Below are positions 29,995 through 40,293 of a stretch of 64,000 bases of DNA, in pieces. The stretch comes from a plasmid. The position numbers were made by a program, and so were the translations under genes. Under the pieces are notes generated by a model that was not told where the DNA came from, ran no database searches, and saw nothing but the letters and a program-made list of their open reading frames with translations. The stretch's first letter is position 1. Every line of letters begins with the position of its first letter. The stretch is taken from sequence record NZ_CP118102.1; one strand, 5' to 3'.

Positions 29995-31883
29995 CAGAGG
30001 GGGATATAAACATGGAAACTTATGAATTAGTCGAAAACACAACAAAGATTGGGATTCAAAATCGGCTGAAGGACTATAACTCTGTGATCTTAGATACCTG
30101 GGATTACCTTGAAGCTGTTGGTTTTTCATTTCATGGGGTCGTTCGAGACTGGACTGCAATTTTTGAGAAGGGTGTATACTTTGCAATCCATCATTTCGTT
30201 AAAGATCGACCCGATTTGGATTGTTTAGCACCGGATAGCGGCTTTTCATGGAAGGATTTATTTCAAGGCGATTCTGTCTCAGGAGCGCTTTTTTTGTTTC
30301 TGGAAAAATCAGGATTTAATTTATGGATGCCTGAACAGGCAGCTATAGACGCTTTGGTTGCTACTACAGTGACGGATGACTCTTACATGTTTGGCAGAAA
30401 CAATTATCCTTCCATGAGTGATTGGAGCTACACGAGTCCAAAGCACAAATTCCAGGTCTACGGATTCCATCGATCCTGCGCTGTACTTATTGAAATTTAC
30501 GCGCTCAATATTCCTCCTTATGGTGCGAGTAAAGACCAGCTACCGTTTCCAGAGGATCGCTGCCAGCCATCTTTCGATATATTTGATCTGGCAACCGGCG
30601 CTTCGCAAAAGCGTACACAGCGAGCGATCGCGGGGGAAACTTTGGATTTCCTTGAGAAAGTAGATGATGAACTATTAGCTGTAACAAGAGCCAAGATCAA
30701 GAAGATCTATGATGAGCACTCTATCATCGGATTATTAAATTCCGGTGGTGTTGATTCAAGGCTTACGCTGCAGCTGATGATAGAGCATGCAATAAAGAAC
30801 CCCGATCCGTCTAAAGGAATCATGGTCATATCAGCTGATACGTTAGTGGAGAACCCAGGCGTTAAACAAATTATTCATGAGCTTCGAGATGCTTTAGGCA
30901 GGGCTTTTCCATGGATTGAGTATCACATCGTTGAACCACGAGAGGATAATACCCTGCTCGTATGCATCATCGGTAAGGGATACCAAGCCCCTTCCGTCTC
31001 CTTCAAATACTGTGTTCGTCGTCTTAAGATTGAGCCGGCGAGAGAGTTCCTTGAGGCAATGTTTTTGGCTGAAGGAGCTGAAGACACGGTGCTGGTGCTT
31101 GGTTCGAGAGACAATGAGAGTGTAATGAGAAAACGCAGCCTTTCGAAGCATTTTGGTGAAGACTTTTATGGGCATCATCCTGTAGGCAATATTCGTACAG
31201 CCTCACCTATTCGAGATTGGACGAAGCAGGAAGTCGTCACGTATTTAGCGTTCAACCGGGGACCATGGAAGAAGGGAGCTCGTAATACAGAGCTTCTAGC
31301 CTTTTATGGCAATGCAGCCGGCAGTGAGTGTCCTCTTGGTGCTGCCGTTGTTAATGACAATGAAGCCATGATGCAGTGCGGTAAGTCGGCAAGAATGGGC
31401 TGTTACCTGTGCACCATATCTCAAGACAAGAGTATGGGAAATCTGATCTCCACTCATCCGGAGTACGAAAAATATTACAAATTCCGTAGAATCCTTAAAG
31501 CGATCGGTCAGGATATTCGATATGGAGGTATCACTGGGGTTCAAAGGATAGGTAAGTCTAAAATCGGAAGTGGTATCGGAGATCTAACGATAGATTGTCG
31601 AACACATCTCCTGCAGACGATGGCCAGACTCGATATTGAGTGGCGCAAGAGTGAGATTATCACCGCGTACCAAATGGTATTAGAACGAGAAATGGTTGAG
31701 GGATTCCCAGTAACGGAGAGGTTCCGTGATGCAATATTTCAGTTGATCGCTGTATCTGGTTCTATGAAGAATTTCTTTGGTCACTCTGTATTCGATCCAT
31801 ACGGAACAGGAGTTGACCAAGTTACAGAGGAAGACAACGAAGCTATAAAGAGAATACTTGAAAAGAGAAGAAATATGATCTGA
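29988..31883 (+). CDS. PP-loop ATP-pyrophosphatase superfamily protein of the PAPS-reductase/DndC-like type, with an unusual ~240-aa N-terminal extension
   Basis: PP-loop LLNSGGVDSRLTL at about residue 245. The C-terminal Cys cluster ECPLGA...QCGKSARMGCYLCT resembles the Fe-S/Zn-binding Cys cluster expected in DndC/SspD-like or QueC-like proteins (resemblance is from memory). Confidence 0.6.
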   Translation: MLAEGDINMETYELVENTTKIGIQNRLKDYNSVILDTWDYLEAVGFSFHGVVRDWTAIFEKGVYFAIHHFVKDRPDLDCLAPDSGFSWKDLFQGDSVSGALFLFLEKSGFNLWMPEQAAIDALVATTVTDDSYMFGRNNYPSMSDWSYTSPKHKFQVYGFHRSCAVLIEIYALNIPPYGASKDQLPFPEDRCQPSFDIFDLATGASQKRTQRAIAGETLDFLEKVDDELLAVTRAKIKKIYDEHSIIGLLNSGGVDSRLTLQLMIEHAIKNPDPSKGIMVISADTLVENPGVKQIIHELRDALGRAFPWIEYHIVEPREDNTLLVCIIGKGYQAPSVSFKYCVRRLKIEPAREFLEAMFLAEGAEDTVLVLGSRDNESVMRKRSLSKHFGEDFYGHHPVGNIRTASPIRDWTKQEVVTYLAFNRGPWKKGARNTELLAFYGNAAGSECPLGAAVVNDNEAMMQCGKSARMGCYLCTISQDKSMGNLISTHPEYEKYYKFRRILKAIGQDIRYGGITGVQRIGKSKIGSGIGDLTIDCRTHLLQTMARLDIEWRKSEIITAYQMVLEREMVEGFPVTERFRDAIFQLIAVSGSMKNFFGHSVFDPYGTGVDQVTEEDNEAIKRILEKRRNMI

Positions 31884-31977
31884 TGGGTACATGTATGTGT
31901 CTATCGCTTGTTCAGCGTCCTGGCGGACGGTAATAAAAACACCTCCGCCTTGCGCGGAGGAGCATGGAGGTAAAAAT

Positions 31978-33720
31978 ATGTCCCAACAATCAGTTATGTC
32001 ACTGTTTGATTACTTTATGTTTGAGCAGGATTATCAGGTGGTTGACCAACACGAGATTTTCTTTAATCCACCGGCAGCGGTAGTTGCGTCTAGTAGTTCC
32101 GGCAATAGCAAACAATTTGCTTACGACTGTGGTGAGGAATTACGGGGTGCACGAAAGCATCTTGCATCTGGCCTGGTAAAGTTCTCATCGGAGTGGCAGA
32201 CAGCTATGGAAGTCGATCCTAGCCAGGCATATGATTTAGTCTGTAAAGATGGGTTAATCGGCTCACTGAATGCTGAGAATTTACAAGAAGAGGGTTATAC
32301 TTCTGAGGCTGCTCTAGTTGTGAAACTAATCTGGGACCGTGTAAGTCAACGACCAGCCGATGATTCAGTTCAAAGAAGATATTTCATACAAGCTGTGAAT
32401 GAACTGAGATCCTTATTTAGAGACGCGAAAACAGTGGATTCTGTTAAATCTGCAGTCTCAGAGCTGCGGATTAATGTTCGTAATGCCCATTACTCGCAAT
32501 CCGAGTACCAGGTGAAAAAGAATCCGGAACTGTTGTCCTACTCGCATTGGCTGTCACTAGGAGATCGATTCAAATCTCTTTTTGTTACCAAGTCACGGGC
32601 AGTGGCAGGATACCGCAAGATATATAAGAGAGCTTTTGAATCAGAGGAAGGACAGGATTGGAATTGGGCAAAGAAACGAAGGAATCAAAGTAACCGACGA
32701 CAGTCAAATAAAGCCTACTGGGAGCGTAAAGTACCTGATGAGGTAATCCGCTTATCAGAGAAAGCATCCGGAGTTACGAAGCCTGAGGACTTTATTACTC
32801 AATACGGTTTTCGTGGAATTCAGTTCGGTAATTGGGTGGATGATGCTGCAGGAAGATACCACGTACTTTGTTCTGGGAATGCTTGGGCAGATCTAGCTTC
32901 TATTTTGAAGCTTCCTCCAAAAGCGATCTCATTCTATGGTGCTCTTGGGCTTGCCTTTGGAGCAAGAGGGAGTGGTAAAGCAGCAGCACATTTTGAGGTT
33001 TCTACCAACGTAATGAATTTGACCAAGCATCGCGGAGGAGGATCCCAGTGCCATGAATGGGCTCATGCGCTTGATCAAAATCTGTATTCATACTCCCATC
33101 AATTCTCGAACGGTAAGCGTGCCTTATTGTCCGGTTCTGAGGCAGGACCTCATCTTCCTGCAGAGTTAAAAGAAGCCTTCGCTGATCTAATGAAGGTGAT
33201 TAAAGAAGGTAATGGCAAGCGACTAGTGAAAGTTCCTGATCCGCTCCCGCTTCCCCAGAGTCGTTATTACGACAGAATTAAAGGGGCATTGGCGTTAAAT
33301 AATTACGATATAAGTACTGCATTACAGTCCTTGATTGGCCGATATCGTATAAAGAATAATCAATGGATGGATATTGCCATTTTATATTGTAATCTGCTAA
33401 AGGAAGCAGGGAAGGAAGTACCAAAGAGCTTCTACATTCCCTCTGATGAAAGCCTATTTTATTCCGATGCTAAAAACATGGGGGCATACTGGCGTCGTGA
33501 CCATGAGCTCTTTGCAAGAGCATTTGAATCATGGATTGAAGATGAATTGTCAGCGGCTGGTATGACTAACTCGTATTTAGTATATGGAACACAGTTTGGT
33601 AGTCCTTACCCGTATGGTGAGGAGAGGCAATTCATTAATGCTTCTTTCCGCAAATGGTGGGAAATCATGCTGCAGCTAGAACTCTTCACAAATGAACGTT
33701 TCTGGCAGAATGCGAATTGA
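31978..33720 (+). CDS. hypothetical protein with an HExxH (zincin-like) motif; partner of the PAPS-reductase-like gene
   Basis: ATG at 31978 with a GGAGG RBS. The motif GGGSQCHEWAHALD lies at about residue 360. Confidence 0.45.
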   Translation: MSQQSVMSLFDYFMFEQDYQVVDQHEIFFNPPAAVVASSSSGNSKQFAYDCGEELRGARKHLASGLVKFSSEWQTAMEVDPSQAYDLVCKDGLIGSLNAENLQEEGYTSEAALVVKLIWDRVSQRPADDSVQRRYFIQAVNELRSLFRDAKTVDSVKSAVSELRINVRNAHYSQSEYQVKKNPELLSYSHWLSLGDRFKSLFVTKSRAVAGYRKIYKRAFESEEGQDWNWAKKRRNQSNRRQSNKAYWERKVPDEVIRLSEKASGVTKPEDFITQYGFRGIQFGNWVDDAAGRYHVLCSGNAWADLASILKLPPKAISFYGALGLAFGARGSGKAAAHFEVSTNVMNLTKHRGGGSQCHEWAHALDQNLYSYSHQFSNGKRALLSGSEAGPHLPAELKEAFADLMKVIKEGNGKRLVKVPDPLPLPQSRYYDRIKGALALNNYDISTALQSLIGRYRIKNNQWMDIAILYCNLLKEAGKEVPKSFYIPSDESLFYSDAKNMGAYWRRDHELFARAFESWIEDELSAAGMTNSYLVYGTQFGSPYPYGEERQFINASFRKWWEIMLQLELFTNERFWQNAN

Positions 33721-33746
33721 TAACTCACAAAATGGGGGGATCCGGA

Positions 33747-33920
33747 ATGGCTAAAACCTTGAAAGAGTTACTGAGGGATATAGAGAGGAAACGCGAGTGT
33801 TTAAATAGAGCTGAGAAGCGACTAGGGATTAAGTCAAAATATGTTCTTAAAAAATCCCAGGAGCTTGATGCTTTACTGAATGAATATGCAGCTAGAACCA
33901 TAGCTTGTATGGAGAAATAA
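33747..33920 (+). CDS. Spo0E-family aspartyl-phosphate phosphatase-like small protein
   Basis: LKELLRDIERKRECL...SQELDALLNEY is the Spo0E signature. Confidence 0.6.
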   Translation: MAKTLKELLRDIERKRECLNRAEKRLGIKSKYVLKKSQELDALLNEYAARTIACMEK

Positions 33921-33975
33921 ATCACACTGGTATTTAATATGTAAACATGAATTTATTAGTAATATTCACTTAATA

Positions 33976-34022
33976 AAAACAGTTAAATCCTTGAATTCGA
34001 AGGTTTTAACTGTTTTTATTTG
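33976..34022 (+). terminator. rho-independent terminator
   Basis: Hairpin AACAGTTAAA...TTTAACTGTT followed by TTTTATTT. Confidence 0.6.
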
Positions 34023-34159
34023 GAAAATTCTATTAATTGTAAACTCCATATTTTTCATATATTATTCTAATATATTACCTGAATTTTCATCTAAAGTTAT
34101 TCCTTTCTTTGGTCAAATTTAACTTAGATGTGATTCAAAAAACACCGAGGAGCTGACAC

Positions 34160-37100
34160 ATGAAAAAGAATTTCAAAAGTATGATATCGCTTACAATTGC
34201 CAGCGCATTGTTAACGACCACAATCTTGAGTCCCGATGTCATCGCATTATCCAATGAAAACAAAAGTACTGATACTGGAGGGTCTTTAATCGCACCAGAC
34301 GAACCAAAAAGAATTGAGGTTGCTACAGAGAGAGATGAATACTCGAAAACATACTTAAACAGTGATGGATCGTATACAACAGATATTTCACCGATTCCTA
34401 TTCATTACTACGATGAGACCATAAAGAAATGGATGCCTATTAAGAATGAGCTTAAAAAAGAAGCGAACAAGATTGTTTCAGATGAACACCCATTAAGTGT
34501 TGACTTACAGAGCACTTTCTCCGCGACCAATCAACTACTACAGATCTCCGAAGATGAGTACGAAATCAACTTAAGCCCAGTCGAAGAAGAGTTATCTGCT
34601 ACCGCCGAGGAAACACCTGCAGAGGTAGATCAAAATGAAGTGGTGTATCCGGAAATATTTGAAAACGCAGATCTAAAGTACACCCTTGGCAATGACCGTA
34701 TTAAAGAAGAAATCATTTTGAAAGAGCGTCCAGCAAACTTAGATAATCCAGTAATCTACAGTTTCTCACTAGATCTCGGTAATCTGACCTATAAAGAGCA
34801 AGAGAACGGTTCCATTCTGCTGGTAGATAAAGAGTCAGGGGAAACTCAATATTATATTGAAGCTCCTATGATGTTTGATTCATTCCGGCCTGATGGATAT
34901 AAAGAAGTATCGGGAGTAAACAGCATTCCAGAGGAAGCAATATCCTATGATATTCATTATGATGTCCGCTCCGAAAATAATCAGCTTTACTTGGATCTTG
35001 TTCCAAATCAAGAATGGTTGCTTGATCAGGAGCGTGAATATCCTGTAACTCTGGACCCAACAATCGTAAAGTTCCAGCCTCAATATGCTGTAACTGATAC
35101 GAACATTAGAAGCGAGTTCCCTAAACAAACCGCTCCAACGGAAACTACCCTTGGTGTAGGTCTTTATAAAAGTTCAACTCAAAACAATGTCATTCGATCC
35201 TTGTTGAAATTTAATGTAAGTTCTATACCTCAGGGCGTGGATATCATAACCGCAGATTTAAACTTATGGTTAGCTGCTGTGTCCAATGATACTAATATGA
35301 ATGTTTCATTACATGCCATAAATACTCCTTGGACGGAGTACTCTGCATCTTGGATGTATGCCGATGCAGGCAAGCTTTGGTCGACACAAGGAGGAGATTT
35401 TAACGCTTCTCAAGTTACTACCGTTCCTGTGGGGGCGTTAACACCGCTTGACGTCAATTACAAATGGTCGTTAACACCTTACATGGTTGAGAAATGGATC
35501 AATCAGCCTGACTCCAATATCGGTTTTCTATTAAAGAGTACGTCAGAAACAACGAATACGTATAAAAAATTCATATCTGGTGATGACACGGTTAACACAG
35601 AATATACTCCACTTTTAAGTGTTACCTATACTTCGGCTAGTCGACTGGGTTTAGAAGACTACTGGACCTTCGATAGCGTAGCTTTAAATTCCGGAGTAAA
35701 TTATACAAATTTAGGGACAGGAAATAATATTCTTGAATACAACGACTTTTCTCTAACTGGAAGAGGAGATGTTAAGCTCGAATTTACAAGGACGTATAAT
35801 TCCAAATCGAAAGAAGCATCTCCATTTGGATATGGATGGTCAAACAGCGGGTCAGAGACCCTGATTGATGCTCATAAAACAGGTAGGGTCTTTTATACAG
35901 AAGCCGATGGCACTACACATTATTTTGAGTACGATTCTAGCAAAGGAACATATAGTTCACCGCCTGGGAAGTATTTGAATCTTAGTCAACAAAGAAATGA
36001 TCAAGGTGCTGTCACGGGATATGTTATAACAGATAAATATGGCTATCGAACCTACTTTGAGGCACTAGAGAGTGATTCGGAAGTAAGTATCATAAAAGCT
36101 CGAATCAGTTATGAAGAAGATTTAAATGATAACCGATTAACTTATAATTATGATGATCAAGGAAGATTAAGAAGTATTGTTGATCCTTCAGGAAGGATTT
36201 TGGAATTTACTTATAATGCTCAGGGTATGGTGGATTCTGCTATTGTCGAAGGAGAAATTACAAAATATTCATACGATTCAAACAAGCGTTTGGAGAACGT
36301 GGATTATTATGAAACTATCGATACATTTGAAAGAACCAATTTCCAGTACAATGACAAAGGACTAATTTGGAAAGTTACTGATCCAAATGGCGGAATTTCA
36401 GAATTCACCTATGTTGGTGAGGATGTAATTGAAACGGTTAAGGAACCTTACAAGGATTCAACAAGTGTAACAACCTATGCTATTGATACAAAAAATCACA
36501 AAGCAATTGTTACAGATTCTAAAGGGAATATAGAAAATTATTTTCTTAATGCAGAGTATGCAGTGAAATCAATAACTGATGCTAAAGGACAAACAACTTC
36601 TACTACGTATGATGAGAATCTTAATCCTCTTTTGAAAACGGATGCCAAAGGGAATGTACATGAACTGCAGTATGATGAGAAAGGCAATGTCCTAAAAGAA
36701 ATTGATGGAGCAGGAAATGTAAAATCCTATACCTACAATAATCTTGGACGTGTTCTCACAGAGACCGATGAGAGAGGAAACAGAATAACTAACATCTATT
36801 ACCCCAATGGAAGAGATTTAAAATCGGTAACTGATGCTAAGAATCAAGTTACTTCTTATAACTATGACGATTATGGAAATTTAATTGAATCTATACTACC
36901 TGATGGTACCAAAGAAACTTATGAATATGATGCAGCAAATAATTACATTGAAAAATCTATCGATCCAAAGGGAAATACGACAGTTGAAATAACAGATTCA
37001 GTAGGAAACATCATAAACAAAACTGATGGCGAAGGAAATGCCACACAATTTAAATACAATAAACTCAACCAATTGACGAAAGTAATAGAGCCTGACGGAA

Positions 37101-39328
37101 GCACCACTTCCTACGATTATGATGATCTAGGGAATATAAACAAAGCAACGTATCCCAATGGAGAAACAAGGGACTATAAATACAACAAATCTGGAAACTT
37201 AGAGAATACAACTGATTCACTTGGTAACCAATATCAATATGATTACGATACAAACGGAAACCTTACTAAAATAATTACACCAAACAGAGATACAATCGTT
37301 CACGAGTATAATGAATTGAATTTACTTGTTCATACAAGAGTGAATAACGAACTCCTCTTCTCCTACCATTATGATGTAAATCTTAATCTCGAGACTGTGA
37401 ATGGAAATAAGGTCTACAACTATGATCAAAATAATGCAATCTCAAATATTAAGGATAGAGGTTCTGATATTCAAATTGGATATTACGAGAATGGCCTTCT
37501 TAAATCACTGGAGTATTCAAACGGAGCTGCTGAAACAAAAATTGAATACGGTTTAGACAATGTTGATCAGTTAACCGAGTTGAAAGTTAATGGACAAGTA
37601 ATTGCTACTTATGAATATAACAAAGCTGGTTATGAGGTAGCGGGAACAAGAGGTAACAAGACTACAGCAAAAATCGATTATGATTTGTCAAAAAATGTTA
37701 CTTTGCATCGTAATTTAAAGTCAGATGACTCCATCATCAGTGAGTACCAATACAGCTATGATAAAAACAACCGAATTGTAGGAATTAATTCTCCTAGAGG
37801 GGAGATTGTTTATACTTATGATAATAAGGACCAGCTTATTCAGGAAGAGCTTGCAGATGGGACATTTATCAAGTATGACTACGATAAAGTTGGTAATCGT
37901 ACTTTAAAAGAAATTCATAAAGGAACAGAAATTGAAAGTATAGTATCTTTGTTTAACAGCGCAAACCAATTAAATACTGTGAATAATAAGAAATATAATT
38001 ATGATAGTAATGGTAATCTTATTGAGAATGAAGAATATCAATATGTTTATAATAAGTTAGACCAACTTATTGAAGTAAAAAGTAAGGAAAGCAATACCAC
38101 CATCTTTAAGGCTAGTTACAATGAAGATGGTAAACGAATTCGTACAGAGAACAGTCAAGGTGTCCGCAATTATTATTATAATGGTGACGATCTTGTTCAA
38201 TACGAGACAGACGATCAAGGAAATGTCATTATTGAATATTTCTATGATTCAAATAAAAAGTTAGTTGGGTTTAATTTTGATGAGGCAAGATACTATTACC
38301 ATTCAGATGGGCAAGGAAATATTGTAAATATTACGGATTCAAATGAGAACATTGTTGCTAGCTACGAATACGATGCTTGGGGGAATGTACTTAGTTCAGA
38401 AGGAGATTTAGCGAATATTAATCCTTACCGTTACAAAGAGTATCGATATGATTCAGAACTAAAATTATATTATTTAAATGCTAGATATTATGACGCAAAT
38501 ACAGCTACATTTCTTGCAAAAGATCCTATGCCAGGCTCAGCTTTTGAACCAACTACACAAAATGGATACAACTACGTAGGTAATAACCCGGTCAAATTTG
38601 TTGATCCTTCCGGAGAACTTAGGTGGATATTTAAATTAGGCCAGTGGATATATAAAGCAATTAAATCATCTGGCAAAAAAACTCCCAAAGCTGTTAAGGG
38701 GTGTAACTGTTTTGTAGCAGGTACCAAGGTTCTTACAGAAAACGGAGAGAAGAATATTGAAGACATTGAAGTCGGTGATAAGGTCCTCGCTAAAGACGAA
38801 TACAATGCAGAAGGAGATTTGGCCTACAAGGAAGTAACAGGTCTATACCAAAACCAGCGTGACGATATCATTAAATTGCACGTTGGAAAACAAATCATAG
38901 AAACAACAGACAACCATCCATTTTGGGTTGAAGACAAAGGCTGGATTTTTGCAGATGAACTTCAAGTAGGAGACAAACTACAAAAAGCAGATGGAAGCAA
39001 CCTTGTAATAGATAAAGTAGAATTTTTGAAACTTGGAAAACCAGTTACCGTATACAACTTTACGGTTGCTGATTACCATACGTATTATGTAACGGATCTT
39101 GGAATCTGGGTCCATAACACTAAATGTGGGCTTGATATTAAAAAATTGGATGATAAATATTTAAAAAAACAAAAAATTGATGCACATGACCTGAAGCGGG
39201 AATTTTTAGGTAGAAAAGCTAAGATAGCAGAATATGATCTCTATTCAAATAAGAAAACTGGTGAAATAATGATCTTTAGAAAAGGAGGAAAAGGAGAAGG
39301 TATACGAACAGGACACTATATCGACTAA
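34160..39328 (+). CDS. WapA/Rhs-family YD-repeat polymorphic toxin paralog (1722 aa), with a C-terminal Hint (intein-like) autoproteolytic domain and a short ~65-aa terminal toxin module
   Basis: Signal MKKNFKSMISLTIASALLTTTILS. The N-terminal 500 aa are about 70% similar to Rhs1 (e.g. EYSKTYLNSDGSYTTDISPIPIHYYDE). YD repeats. Core DAWGN and PVKFVDPSGE. The Hint domain runs from CFVAGTKVLTENG through VGDKV and HPFW to VHNTKC. Confidence 0.85.
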   Translation: MKKNFKSMISLTIASALLTTTILSPDVIALSNENKSTDTGGSLIAPDEPKRIEVATERDEYSKTYLNSDGSYTTDISPIPIHYYDETIKKWMPIKNELKKEANKIVSDEHPLSVDLQSTFSATNQLLQISEDEYEINLSPVEEELSATAEETPAEVDQNEVVYPEIFENADLKYTLGNDRIKEEIILKERPANLDNPVIYSFSLDLGNLTYKEQENGSILLVDKESGETQYYIEAPMMFDSFRPDGYKEVSGVNSIPEEAISYDIHYDVRSENNQLYLDLVPNQEWLLDQEREYPVTLDPTIVKFQPQYAVTDTNIRSEFPKQTAPTETTLGVGLYKSSTQNNVIRSLLKFNVSSIPQGVDIITADLNLWLAAVSNDTNMNVSLHAINTPWTEYSASWMYADAGKLWSTQGGDFNASQVTTVPVGALTPLDVNYKWSLTPYMVEKWINQPDSNIGFLLKSTSETTNTYKKFISGDDTVNTEYTPLLSVTYTSASRLGLEDYWTFDSVALNSGVNYTNLGTGNNILEYNDFSLTGRGDVKLEFTRTYNSKSKEASPFGYGWSNSGSETLIDAHKTGRVFYTEADGTTHYFEYDSSKGTYSSPPGKYLNLSQQRNDQGAVTGYVITDKYGYRTYFEALESDSEVSIIKARISYEEDLNDNRLTYNYDDQGRLRSIVDPSGRILEFTYNAQGMVDSAIVEGEITKYSYDSNKRLENVDYYETIDTFERTNFQYNDKGLIWKVTDPNGGISEFTYVGEDVIETVKEPYKDSTSVTTYAIDTKNHKAIVTDSKGNIENYFLNAEYAVKSITDAKGQTTSTTYDENLNPLLKTDAKGNVHELQYDEKGNVLKEIDGAGNVKSYTYNNLGRVLTETDERGNRITNIYYPNGRDLKSVTDAKNQVTSYNYDDYGNLIESILPDGTKETYEYDAANNYIEKSIDPKGNTTVEITDSVGNIINKTDGEGNATQFKYNKLNQLTKVIEPDGSTTSYDYDDLGNINKATYPNGETRDYKYNKSGNLENTTDSLGNQYQYDYDTNGNLTKIITPNRDTIVHEYNELNLLVHTRVNNELLFSYHYDVNLNLETVNGNKVYNYDQNNAISNIKDRGSDIQIGYYENGLLKSLEYSNGAAETKIEYGLDNVDQLTELKVNGQVIATYEYNKAGYEVAGTRGNKTTAKIDYDLSKNVTLHRNLKSDDSIISEYQYSYDKNNRIVGINSPRGEIVYTYDNKDQLIQEELADGTFIKYDYDKVGNRTLKEIHKGTEIESIVSLFNSANQLNTVNNKKYNYDSNGNLIENEEYQYVYNKLDQLIEVKSKESNTTIFKASYNEDGKRIRTENSQGVRNYYYNGDDLVQYETDDQGNVIIEYFYDSNKKLVGFNFDEARYYYHSDGQGNIVNITDSNENIVASYEYDAWGNVLSSEGDLANINPYRYKEYRYDSELKLYYLNARYYDANTATFLAKDPMPGSAFEPTTQNGYNYVGNNPVKFVDPSGELRWIFKLGQWIYKAIKSSGKKTPKAVKGCNCFVAGTKVLTENGEKNIEDIEVGDKVLAKDEYNAEGDLAYKEVTGLYQNQRDDIIKLHVGKQIIETTDNHPFWVEDKGWIFADELQVGDKLQKADGSNLVIDKVEFLKLGKPVTVYNFTVADYHTYYVTDLGIWVHNTKCGLDIKKLDDKYLKKQKIDAHDLKREFLGRKAKIAEYDLYSNKKTGEIMIFRKGGKGEGIRTGHYID

Positions 39329-39357
39329 CTATTTATATATGGAGCTGAAGTGTTAAA

Positions 39358-39762
39358 ATGAACGATATAACAACTGTTATGGCTGAGTTCGCAATTATAG
39401 GTGAAAATTTTACTAAGCAGAATATAACTAACCAACTGCAAATTGAACCAACAGAATTTTACTCCAAAGGTGACAAAATAAAAAACAGAGACCTTTATAG
39501 AAAAGAAACTGCATGGAGTCTAGCTACGGAATATGAGGAGTCCTTGGATATCAATTTACAATTAAATAAGCTAATATCTATTCTGAATGACAAAAAGGAA
39601 GAATTACTCAAGTTAAAAAGGACTTATAACTTGTTTTATAAATTTTTTATTGTTATTAAAATTGAAGAAAACGAGACTCCAGCAATATATCTAGATACGA
39701 CCACAATTTCTTTCGCCAATGATTTAGGAATTGAATTTGACTTTGACCTTTATATCTTTTAA
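39358..39762 (+). CDS. putative immunity protein for Rhs2 (134 aa; possibly a DUF4279-like fold)
   Basis: Starts 30 nt after the Rhs2 stop on the same strand. No motif. Confidence 0.4.
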   Translation: MNDITTVMAEFAIIGENFTKQNITNQLQIEPTEFYSKGDKIKNRDLYRKETAWSLATEYEESLDINLQLNKLISILNDKKEELLKLKRTYNLFYKFFIVIKIEENETPAIYLDTTTISFANDLGIEFDFDLYIF

Positions 39763-39906
39763 ATCCGATAATTTGTCAAAAGCTACCCTTAAATGGGTAG
39801 CTTTTTTCAATTCAAGTTTATTTTTATATGTTAGAAGGGAACCCCCTATATTTTACATTGATAAAAGAACTAATGTTCGCATATAATACAAACAAACGTT
39901 CTTAAT

Positions 39907-40293
39907 GTGGGGTGGATAGTAATGTTGAGTATTGGGCTGAATTCAGACGATATCAAAATTGTTAAGGATTATGCTTTATTGCCGATACTACTCGATGTAC
40001 TGGAGAAGGACTGGGAGCTCCTTTGTCGGTCCGATATCAAAACCTTGGAATTGACTCGAGTGATGATTGAACGGTTACAAAATGCGGCAATGAGTGATTT
40101 GACCTCAGCTCGAAAGCTAATGCGAGAAAAGAATTTAAAGGTGTATGAGTATCGTAAGACCAATCATGGCGTTGAATTGCAGTATGTAAGCAAGGGATAC
40201 CATAGAAAGTTGTCTATGCTTTGGGGGCTGATTGAAGCAGAAATTGAGCAACGTTCATACAACTACCTTGGGTTTGAGAGAGAGCAATTATGA
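39907..40293 (+). CDS. hypothetical protein (128 aa)
   Basis: The ORF overlaps the polymerase start by 4 nt. A TTG/GTG start is possible. Confidence 0.35.
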   Translation: MGWIVMLSIGLNSDDIKIVKDYALLPILLDVLEKDWELLCRSDIKTLELTRVMIERLQNAAMSDLTSARKLMREKNLKVYEYRKTNHGVELQYVSKGYHRKLSMLWGLIEAEIEQRSYNYLGFEREQL

